The notes beneath the pieces were generated by a model. The model made no database searches. It saw nothing but the letters and a program-made list of their open reading frames with translations, and was not told the DNA's origin. From the NCBI RefSeq assembly GCF_000023205.1, contig NC_012803.1, positions 450,001 to 482,000 on the forward strand: DNA of 32,000 nucleotides, given 5' to 3'. Below are positions 24,323-32,000 of this stretch, in pieces. This DNA is from Micrococcus luteus NCTC 2665 (lineage in GTDB: Bacteria > Actinomycetota > Actinomycetes > Actinomycetales > Micrococcaceae). Made by a program: the position numbers and the translations under genes. Within the stretch, counting starts at the first letter, position 1. Every line of letters starts with the position of its first letter.

Positions 24323-25372
24323 ATGGCCCCCTGGCTCCCGACCCGCTCCCGCCGTCCCTTCCCCCAGGTCACCGAGGGAGGCGGGGCCCCCGCCGTCACG
24401 CCCACCTTCGAGGGCCGGGCCTTCCACCGCCCGGCCGAGGACGTCGAGGACCAGGGCGCCGCCTTCGACGTCGGCACGCTCGTCTCCCGCCGCAACGCGC
24501 TGGGCATCTTCGGCGCGGGGGCGGGGGCCCTCGTCCTCGCCGCGTGCGGCGTCCAGGAGGGCGCCTCGTCCTCCTCCAGCTCGACGTCGGCGAGCGCCGG
24601 CTCCTCGTCACCCGCGGCCTCCTCGTCGGCGGCGAGCGCCTCGCCGTCCGCCACCCTGACCGAGATGGTCACCGAGACCGCAGGCCCGTACCCGGGCGAC
24701 GGCTCCAACGGCCCGGACGTGCTCGACGCGTCCGGCATCGAGCGCTCCGACCTGACCACGAGCATCGACACGGGCACCGTCGCCGAGGGTGTCCCGCTCA
24801 CGGTGACGATGAACGTGATCGACATGACCAACGGCGACGCCGCCATGACCGGCGCCGCCGTGTACCTCTGGCACGCCGACGCGCAGGGCCGCTACTCGAT
24901 GTACTCGGACGGCATCACGGAGGAGACCTACCTGCGCGGCGTCCAGGTGGTGGGCGACGACGGCACGGTCACCTTCACCACGGTGTGGCCCGGCTGCTAC
25001 GACGGCCGGTGGCCCCACCTGCACTTCGAGGTGTTCCCGGACAAGGCGTCCATCACGGACGCGACGAACAACGTCCTCACCTCCCAGATCGCCATGCCCG
25101 CGGAGCAGTCCTCGCAGGTCTACGCCACCTCGGCCTACGACGGGTCGACGGCGAACCTCGCCCAGGTCAGCCTCGAGACGGACAACGTCTTCTCGGACGG
25201 CTATGAGACGCAGCTGCCGCAGATCACGGGCTCCGTGGCGAAGGGCTTCGCCATCATCATCGACGTCCCGATCGACACCACCACCGAGCAGGAGCAGGGC
25301 GGGATGGGCGGGCCCGGCGGCGGGCAGCCCCCGGCGGGCGGCGAGGGCGGGCAGCCCCCGGCGCGCCCCTGA
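24323..25372 (+). CDS. Secreted intradiol-dioxygenase-like protein with a Tat-type signal and lipobox
   Basis: ATG at 24323 is preceded by GAGAGGA. The twin-arginine/lipobox region is LVSRRNALGIFGAGAGALVLAACG, followed by a Ser/Ala-rich linker. The dioxygenase-like core includes ETAGPYPGDG...VYLWHADAQGRYS...WPGCYDGRWPHLHFEV and is followed by a Gly/Pro-rich tail. The start is uncertain. No ATG/GTG/TTG exists between 24323 and the RR motif. Confidence 0.7.
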   Translation: MAPWLPTRSRRPFPQVTEGGGAPAVTPTFEGRAFHRPAEDVEDQGAAFDVGTLVSRRNALGIFGAGAGALVLAACGVQEGASSSSSSTSASAGSSSPAASSSAASASPSATLTEMVTETAGPYPGDGSNGPDVLDASGIERSDLTTSIDTGTVAEGVPLTVTMNVIDMTNGDAAMTGAAVYLWHADAQGRYSMYSDGITEETYLRGVQVVGDDGTVTFTTVWPGCYDGRWPHLHFEVFPDKASITDATNNVLTSQIAMPAEQSSQVYATSAYDGSTANLAQVSLETDNVFSDGYETQLPQITGSVAKGFAIIIDVPIDTTTEQEQGGMGGPGGGQPPAGGEGGQPPARP

Positions 25373-25395
25373 GCCTTCCCGGCCCGGTCACCGGC

Positions 25396-25920
25396 TCAGT
25401 CGGTCTGGGACTCGTTGCGCTCGGGGTGCGGGCCGAACACGAAGTGGCGGCCGGACACGCGCTGGACGTCCACGCGGACGTAGAAGTCCTTCAGCGTCGG
25501 CACCCACGGCTCGATGCCGAGGGACTCGGCCTCCGCGATCTCAGCCTCCGTGTCCAGGCGTCGCGCGGTGCCGTGCACGAGCACGGACCAGGCCTGGTCG
25601 GCCAGGATCCCGTCGGCCTGCACCACGACGCGCGGGTTCACCGTGAGCTCGGCGAGCTTCGAGCCGGGCGCGGTGCGGAAGTAGATGGCGCCGTCGTGGG
25701 CCCGCACGTTCACCGGCACGATGTCCGGCCGCCCGTCCACGGCCAGCCCGAGGCGCGCGTGGCGCACGCGGCGCAGCAGTCGCCAGACCTGGTCCTCGTC
25801 CAGCACCAGGACGGCCTCGCCGTCCGGGTGCTCGAACATCAGGTGGTCCCCGGGCTCCGCGACGGGATCGGGGCGCTGCATCGACGGGGCGTCGGCGGTG
25901 TCGTGGTGCTGCGGGGTCAT
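25396..25920 (-). CDS. Pyridoxamine 5-prime-phosphate oxidase-family (split-barrel flavin/F420-binding) protein
   Basis: Internal ATG at 25920 is preceded by AGGAGG. RHARLGLAVDGRPDIVPVNVRAHDGAIYFRTAPGSKLAEL...VVVQADGILADQAWSVLVHGTARRL is typical of PPOX-like split barrels. Confidence 0.65.
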   Translation of the reverse strand: MTPQHHDTADAPSMQRPDPVAEPGDHLMFEHPDGEAVLVLDEDQVWRLLRRVRHARLGLAVDGRPDIVPVNVRAHDGAIYFRTAPGSKLAELTVNPRVVVQADGILADQAWSVLVHGTARRLDTEAEIAEAESLGIEPWVPTLKDFYVRVDVQRVSGRHFVFGPHPERNESQTD

Positions 25921-25987
25921 CGGGGCCTCCTGGCGTGCCGGGACGGGCGCCGTCGGGCGCGGCGCTGAGATCGGGCTCACCCCCACT

Positions 25988-26893
25988 CTAGACATGGTCG
26001 GCCGCCCGCGAGGCGACGATGTCGCCCAGCACCGCTGCCGTCGTCGGCGCCTCGCGGCCCGGGGCGACGGCGAGCGCGAACGGGCACGTGTGGGCGCGCG
26101 GGCCGTCGTCGACGAGCCGGCCCGACGACGGCGCGGCCGGGTCCGGCGTGAGCCACCTGCCCCCGGCGCGGCGCAGGATCAGCTGCCCCGCCGCGACGTC
26201 CCAGGGCTTGGTGTCCACGTACAGCGCGGCGTCGGCCCAGCCCGCCGCCGTGTGGGCGAGCTCGAGGGCGCCGGAGACGGTGCGGCGCACGGTCGCGTGG
26301 GCGGTCACGAGCCGCCCGAAGCGGCGCAGCGCGTCCTCGCCCTCGCGCGCGAGCGCCTCGCCCGCCGGATAGGAGGTCACGAGGTTCTGGGCGCGCTCGC
26401 CGCCGGCCGGCGCCGGCCGGGCGACCTCGGCCAGCGGGCGCTCCGGCCCGTCGCCGCGGGTGAGGTAGGCGCCGTCCGCGTCGGCGGAGAACGCCAGCCC
26501 GCCCACGGGGTCCAGCACGACGCCGGCCACCACCTCGCCGTCGACCTCCGCGGCCAGGGACACCGAGAACATCGCGAAGCCGTGCGCGAAGTTGGAGGTG
26601 CCGTCGATGGGGTCGACGATCCAGGTCAGCCGGGCGGCCTCACCGGTGCCGGCCTGCGCCCCGAGCTCCTCGCCGAGCACGCCGGAGCCGGGGACCGCCG
26701 TCGTGAGCGCGGCGACGAGCCGGGCCTCGGTGCGTCGGTCGTGGACGGTGACGAGGTCGTGGTGCGTGGTCTTGGCCTCGGGCCCGGTCGCGGCGGGGGA
26801 GCGGAAGGCGGCGGCGAGGTCGCCGACGACCGCGCGGGCGGCGTCGAGGGCGATCGCGCGGAGCTCGGCGGGGCAGGGCAGGGCTGGGCTCAT
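25988..26893 (-). CDS. Inositol monophosphatase-family phosphatase (SuhB/ImpA/CysQ-like)
   Basis: The motifs are HDLVTVHDRRTE, GEELG, WIVDPIDGTSNFAHG and the C-terminal KPWDVAAGQLIL. Confidence 0.85.
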   Translation of the reverse strand: MSPALPCPAELRAIALDAARAVVGDLAAAFRSPAATGPEAKTTHHDLVTVHDRRTEARLVAALTTAVPGSGVLGEELGAQAGTGEAARLTWIVDPIDGTSNFAHGFAMFSVSLAAEVDGEVVAGVVLDPVGGLAFSADADGAYLTRGDGPERPLAEVARPAPAGGERAQNLVTSYPAGEALAREGEDALRRFGRLVTAHATVRRTVSGALELAHTAAGWADAALYVDTKPWDVAAGQLILRRAGGRWLTPDPAAPSSGRLVDDGPRAHTCPFALAVAPGREAPTTAAVLGDIVASRAADHV

Positions 26894-26974
26894 GCCCCGA
26901 GCCTAGGCGGGGGTCCGGACACGCCGGACCGCACGCGAGACAATGGGGCCGACCCCCCGAGCAGAGGAGCCGCC

Positions 26975-27421
26975 ATGACCGAGCACCCCCTCCCGACCCC
27001 CGACGACGACGCCACCCTCACCGGCCCGCAGACCCCCACGCCCCAGCGCGTGGCCGCCGTGCGTGCGCTGCGCGAGCTGCTCGCCGCCGGCTACGGCACC
27101 GAGGCCCGGCCGATCGCCTCCTACGGCGCCCCCGCGCCCGGCACCCTCGGCGGCGTCTACCCGGACTACGACGACCGCGTGTTCCCCGGCCTCGTGGCCG
27201 CGCAGGAGCTGGCGGGCATCGACGTCGACTACCTGCGGAACGTGGACCGGGCGAGCGAGGCCGGCATCGCCGAGGCGTCCCTGGCCGACCTCGGCACGCT
27301 GTTCACCTACCTGGTGCGCGGCGAGCGGTTCGCGGACGGGCACGTGGCCGCCGCGATCGAGAACGGCAAGGTCGGCCGCATGCTGGACCGCCTGACCGCG
27401 CTGGTCCCCGAGATCCGCTGA
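26975..27421 (+). CDS. Hypothetical protein (possibly the DUF6508-like family), first gene of a 3-gene operon
   Basis: ATG at 26975 is preceded by GAGGAG. 148 aa. The segment LGTLFTYLVRGERFADGHVAAAIENGKVGRMLDRL resembles a conserved ..RGERF.DG... motif I associate with DUF6508, but with low certainty. The much longer track ORF (25685) is shadow sequence. Confidence 0.45.
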   Translation: MTEHPLPTPDDDATLTGPQTPTPQRVAAVRALRELLAAGYGTEARPIASYGAPAPGTLGGVYPDYDDRVFPGLVAAQELAGIDVDYLRNVDRASEAGIAEASLADLGTLFTYLVRGERFADGHVAAAIENGKVGRMLDRLTALVPEIR

Positions 27422-27448
27422 GAGCGCACGGTGCGGAATACTGGACGC

Positions 27449-28669
27449 ATGCCCGCAGCCTCCGACGCCCCCACGCCCGCGCCCCGGCGCGGCCGCCTGG
27501 CCCCTCCCGGTGACCCCACCCCCGTGGAGAACGTCGCCACGCACCTGCAGGAGGGGTGGAACCGCTGGCACCGCGCCCGCGCGCTGCGTGCCGGCAACGT
27601 GCCGACGGTCATGGCGTTCACGGGCTACGGCAGCACCAGCTGGGTGCGGATCCTCTCCCGGGTGGTGATCGCCTCCGACGAGGAGTTCATGAACGGCCGT
27701 CGGCTGTCGAAGGTGGTGGCGGACGGCATGCGCGGCTGGCGCAACTTCGTGGCCCCGCCCATGGCCTACGCCGAGGTGGAGGTGCAGGTGGGGGACCTGC
27801 GCACCACGGTGCGCACGGACCGGATGGGCGTCGTCGACGTCGTGCTGGACGTCGAGCTGGAGCCCGGCTGGCAGACCGCCACCCTCCACGTCGGCGGCCA
27901 GGAGGAGCACGCCGTCATGGACCTGTACATCTGCGAGCCGGGCGCGCGGATCGGCCTGGTCTCGGACATCGACGACACCGTGGTGGTCACCTCGCTGCCC
28001 CGCCCCCTGCTGGCGGCCTGGAACTCGTTCGTGATCGACGAGCACGCCCGCACGCCCACCCCGGGGATCGCCGTGCTGCTGCGCCGGATCGCCGAGCTCG
28101 AGCCGAAGGCCCCCGTGCTGTACCTGTCCACGGGCGCGTGGAACGTGGCGCAGACCCTCACCCGCTTCCTGGGCCGCAACCTCTACCCGCTCGGCGCCCT
28201 GCTGCTGACCAGCTGGGGGCCCACGAAGGACCGCTGGTTCCGCTCCGGTCAGGAGCACAAGAGGGTCCAGCTCGAGCGCCTCGCCGAGCAGTTCCCGGAC
28301 ATCCAGTGGATCCTGGTGGGCGACGACGGCCAGCACGACCCCGAGATCTACGCCGAGTTCGCGCAGCGCCACCCCGACCGGGTCAAGGCGATCGTCATCC
28401 GGCAGCTGACCCCCTCGCAGGCGGTGCTCGCGGGCGGCCGGGCGGAGGACACCCGCCATTCCACCCCGGGCATCCCGTGGTGCTACGGCCCGGACGGGGC
28501 CACGCTGTCCAATCAGCTCGAGGACCTGGGCATCCTGCCCGTCGAGTTCGTGGACGTGCAGCCCGAGGCCTGGCGCGAGGACATCCTCGGTGACGACGAG
28601 GCGCCGGCGACCCTCGACGCCCCGGCGCAGCGCGACGGTCGGTCCGCGGACGAGGAGGCCGCCCGATGA
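27449..28669 (+). CDS. App1-family (DUF2183) phosphatidate-phosphatase-like HAD/DxDxT phosphatase
   Basis: VSDIDDTVVVTS (DxDxT), LSTGAWNVAQTLTRFL and ILVGDDGQHDPEIYAEFAQRHPDRVKAIVIR. The start is either ATG 27449 or GTG 27431. Confidence 0.7.
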   Translation: MPAASDAPTPAPRRGRLAPPGDPTPVENVATHLQEGWNRWHRARALRAGNVPTVMAFTGYGSTSWVRILSRVVIASDEEFMNGRRLSKVVADGMRGWRNFVAPPMAYAEVEVQVGDLRTTVRTDRMGVVDVVLDVELEPGWQTATLHVGGQEEHAVMDLYICEPGARIGLVSDIDDTVVVTSLPRPLLAAWNSFVIDEHARTPTPGIAVLLRRIAELEPKAPVLYLSTGAWNVAQTLTRFLGRNLYPLGALLLTSWGPTKDRWFRSGQEHKRVQLERLAEQFPDIQWILVGDDGQHDPEIYAEFAQRHPDRVKAIVIRQLTPSQAVLAGGRAEDTRHSTPGIPWCYGPDGATLSNQLEDLGILPVEFVDVQPEAWREDILGDDEAPATLDAPAQRDGRSADEEAAR

Positions 28670-29112
28670 CCGCCTCGCGCTCCGTCGAGGTCCGCATCCC
28701 GCTGCGCTGGGCGGACATGGACGCCTACGGCCACGTGAACAACATCGCCGTGGTGCAGCTGCTGGAGGAGGCCCGCGTGGCGGCCTTCGGCGTGCCCGCG
28801 AACACCGGCGCCGGTGGCGGGCAGGCCCCGCCGATCGACCTGCTCGAGGGGGTGGCCCCCGGTGTGCGGACGTTCATCTCCGAGCACACCGTGAAGTACC
28901 GGGCCCAGATGCCCTACCGCCCCGTGCCGCTGCGCGTGGTGGTGAGCGTGGACGCCGTGAAGGCCGCCTCGGTGCACGTGGGCTACGCCCTGCACGACGG
29001 CGTCGACGACACCCTCTGCGCCACCGCGACGTCCGTCATGGTGTTCGTCGACGGGCAGACGGGCCGCCCCGTGCGCATCAGTCCCGAGCAGCGGGCGGCC
29101 CTGGCCGGCTGA
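28666..29112 (+). CDS. Hotdog-fold acyl-CoA thioesterase (4HBT/YbgC-like)
   Basis: The ATG overlaps the upstream stop (ATGA). RIPLRWADMDAYGHVNNIAVVQLLEEARV carries the D..GHVNN catalytic motif. Confidence 0.75.
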   Translation: MTASRSVEVRIPLRWADMDAYGHVNNIAVVQLLEEARVAAFGVPANTGAGGGQAPPIDLLEGVAPGVRTFISEHTVKYRAQMPYRPVPLRVVVSVDAVKAASVHVGYALHDGVDDTLCATATSVMVFVDGQTGRPVRISPEQRAALAG

Positions 29113-29140
29113 GGTGGGCTGAGGTGGCCTGCGGCGGGCT

Positions 29141-29212
29141 GCGACCGCCCGACAGCCGCCCAGCGACATCACCGCCGTGCAGCACGGCTGCGATGTCGCA
29201 GAGCGGAGGTCG
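29141..29212 (+). repeat. Copy A of a roughly 70-nt element containing an imperfect 37-bp palindrome
   Basis: GCGACCGCC...GCCCAGCGACATCACCGCCGTGCAGCACGGCTGCGATGTCGCAGAGCGGAGGTCG. The palindrome spans 29163-29199 (centre 29181, 2 mismatched positions). It sits between the convergent thioesterase and DUF559-like genes. Confidence 0.7.
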
Positions 29213-29262
29213 AACGCTCGGGCTCGCGGAGGTCGGGACCGGGCCCGTGGGACGGCCGCGGA

Positions 29263-30321
29263 TCAGACCGAGCGGGGGACGCCCGCGGCGGTGAGGATCC
29301 GCGCCAGCCGGTCCGGCCGCAGGAGGTCTCCCCACGTCCAATGCGCGCCGGCCCGGGCGACCAGCTGCAGGGCCACCTCCCGTTCCTTCTCCCGGCGGAT
29401 GCTGGCGCGGCGGGCCGTGTCGTCACCGTCGAAGAACGACAGGTCGTACTTGCCCAGCCCGTCGAACTCCCCGTACACCCGCACCTGCTCCCACCAGAAG
29501 TCCGTGCGGGCCACCTCGCGACCGTTCGCATCCCGGTGGCGATGCTGCAGCGCCGTGGGCGGGACGAAACCGAGCTCGTGGAGGATGGCACGGCTGTAGG
29601 ACTCGCCGGCGGATTCCGCCCGCGCGTCCGCGAAGTGCCAGGCCCGCTCGAATCGGCGGAGGGCGGCCGCGGATCCGAGTCGGCTCTCCGCCTGCCTCGC
29701 CCAGCGTGCGGCCTCCTCGGGCCGGGCTCGGACGAGCGCGTCCAGCGGGGCCACGGCGTCGCGGAACGGGGTGGCCCCGCCGAGGACCAGCAGCACCGTG
29801 GGCAGCGGATCCGCCAGGACGGTCCCGAGGCTCTGCCCGTCCGACAGGACGGCCTCGACCGGCTGAGGCGCGGCGTGGGCCGCCTCCGGCGGCCCCCACC
29901 GGGGTCGGCGGCGCGGCGGGACGGGAAGCCGGCGGTCATGGGCCACCAGGGAGGGGGCGAAGGGACGGCGGGTCATCGGACCGGCGCCGTGATGCCCGGG
30001 TGAGGGGGCGCGCAGCTCGAGCGCGGGCGGCTCGACGGCCGGCCCGAGACCGTGCAACCGGGCCGCGGTCAGGCCCGTGAACACCGTCTCGGGGCGGGCG
30101 ATCGAGAGGGCGACGGCGGACACGACCGTCCTGTCCCACGGACGCAGCGCGGCCCAGTCGCCGACGCTGATGTAGACGCGCGGGCAGAGCCGCACGAGGA
30201 CCCCGCGGGTCCAGGCGCGTTCGAGACGGCGCCGCGCCGCCCCGTCGTGAGGGTCCGCCGCGCTGAGCAGGGGCCCGCGTCCCGGGAGCAGCGCACGCGA
30301 GTGGTCGGAGAGCGGGGTCAT
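29263..30321 (-). CDS. AbiEi_4-like N-terminal domain fused to a DUF559/Vsr-like (PD-(D/E)xK) endonuclease-type C-terminal domain
   Basis: 352 aa. The N-terminus RRLERAWTRGVLVRLCPRVYISVGDW...ETVFTGLTAARLHGL matches the ..G.L.R...GVY...S..TAA.LHGL pattern. The C-terminus AESAGESYSRAILHELGFVPPTALQHRHRDANGREVARTDFWWEQVRVYGEFDGLGKY matches the S..E......G.P.P..Q......G....R.DF.W......E.DG..K pattern of the multi-copy actinobacterial DUF559 family. No SD precedes the ATG. Confidence 0.6.
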   Translation of the reverse strand: MTPLSDHSRALLPGRGPLLSAADPHDGAARRRLERAWTRGVLVRLCPRVYISVGDWAALRPWDRTVVSAVALSIARPETVFTGLTAARLHGLGPAVEPPALELRAPSPGHHGAGPMTRRPFAPSLVAHDRRLPVPPRRRPRWGPPEAAHAAPQPVEAVLSDGQSLGTVLADPLPTVLLVLGGATPFRDAVAPLDALVRARPEEAARWARQAESRLGSAAALRRFERAWHFADARAESAGESYSRAILHELGFVPPTALQHRHRDANGREVARTDFWWEQVRVYGEFDGLGKYDLSFFDGDDTARRASIRREKEREVALQLVARAGAHWTWGDLLRPDRLARILTAAGVPRSV

Positions 30322-30425
30322 GCGGCCCAGTGTCGTGGGCCCGTCCGGGGCGCGAGGGGCCGACCGCGCCGACGGTGGAGGGCACCCGCCGTCGGGGGGC
30401 CTGTGCAGGAGTCGGGTGCCCTCGA

Positions 30426-30492
30426 GCGACCGCCGCCCTGCGACATCACCGCGCGTCAGAACGGCGGTGATGTCGCAGGGCGGCGGAGGATC
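30426..30492 (+). repeat. Copy B of the same roughly 70-nt element containing a 41-bp palindrome (15-bp perfect arms)
   Basis: GCGACCGCCGCCCTGCGACATCACCGCGCGTCAGAACGGCGGTGATGTCGCAGGGCGGCGGAGGATC. The arms are CTGCGACATCACCGC (30438-30452) and GCGGTGATGTCGCAG (30464-30478). Its orientation matches copy A. It lies between the gdhA stop and the DUF559-like gene start. Confidence 0.7.
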
Positions 30493-30514
30493 ACGGAAGG
30501 GGCAGGGCCGGGAC

Positions 30515-31969
<1,455 letters not shown>

Positions 31970-32000
31970 TCACCGAAATGAGACGCGGGCCACCCCGGGC

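Noticed and set aside
22073-25206. ORFs 22073..23950 (-) 625 aa and 22126..25206 (+) 1026 aa
   Set aside because: These are Arg/Pro/Gly-rich out-of-frame or antisense readings across the ThDP enzyme and dioxygenase-like genes. They have no recognisable domains and conflict with strongly supported CDSs.
29141-30492. Interpreting the two palindromic elements as integron attC sites, a CRISPR-like array or IS terminal inverted repeats
   Set aside because: No R-prime/R-double-prime core sites (GTTRRRY/RYYYAAC) and no integron integrase are present. There are only two copies, 1.28 kb apart, enclosing a full-length gene, so this is not a CRISPR array. The copies are in direct rather than inverted orientation, and the enclosed ORF is not a transposase.

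Overview
High-GC, densely coding chromosomal segment that looks actinobacterial (Micrococcales-like gene content). This assignment rests on motif recognition only, with no database search. Most of the window is core housekeeping. It holds an OmpR-type two-component system (the kinase is truncated at the left edge), a cold-shock protein plus a DUF3027-like partner, serC, an IdeR/DtxR iron repressor, a small HNH protein and an ABC exporter. It also holds pcrA-sucC-sucD, an MbfA-like ferritin-VIT1 fusion, a DUF202 pair, an IMPase-family phosphatase, an App1-like phosphatase/thioesterase operon and gdhA.

Three regions look accessory or unusual:

1. 7549-9413 is a compositionally deviant two-gene module. 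It encodes a winged-HTH AbiEi-like protein and a minimal nucleotidyltransferase, and it abuts the 3-prime end of tRNA-Arg(CCT). Its leader is AT-rich and repeat-laden, with an apparently leaderless promoter. The two ORFs sit in the same frame and are separated only by one TGA plus 20 sense codons. This is my best candidate for an atypical AbiE/MenAT-like defence or toxin-antitoxin system.
2. 29107-30495 contains a lone AbiEi_4/DUF559-like ORF bracketed by two same-orientation copies of a roughly 70-nt element built around a 37-41 bp palindrome.
3. 17395-23857 is a catabolic cluster: an FdhA-like Zn dehydrogenase, a Na/solute symporter, an XRE-cupin regulator, an agmatinase-family ureohydrolase and a ThDP enzyme. 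It is consistent with guanidino-compound (2-ketoarginine / guanidinobutyrate type) degradation and has dense operator-like palindromes.

No CRISPR array, rRNA, integrase or transposase was seen. Many long ORFs in the supplied track are antisense or out-of-frame shadows typical of high-GC DNA and were rejected.
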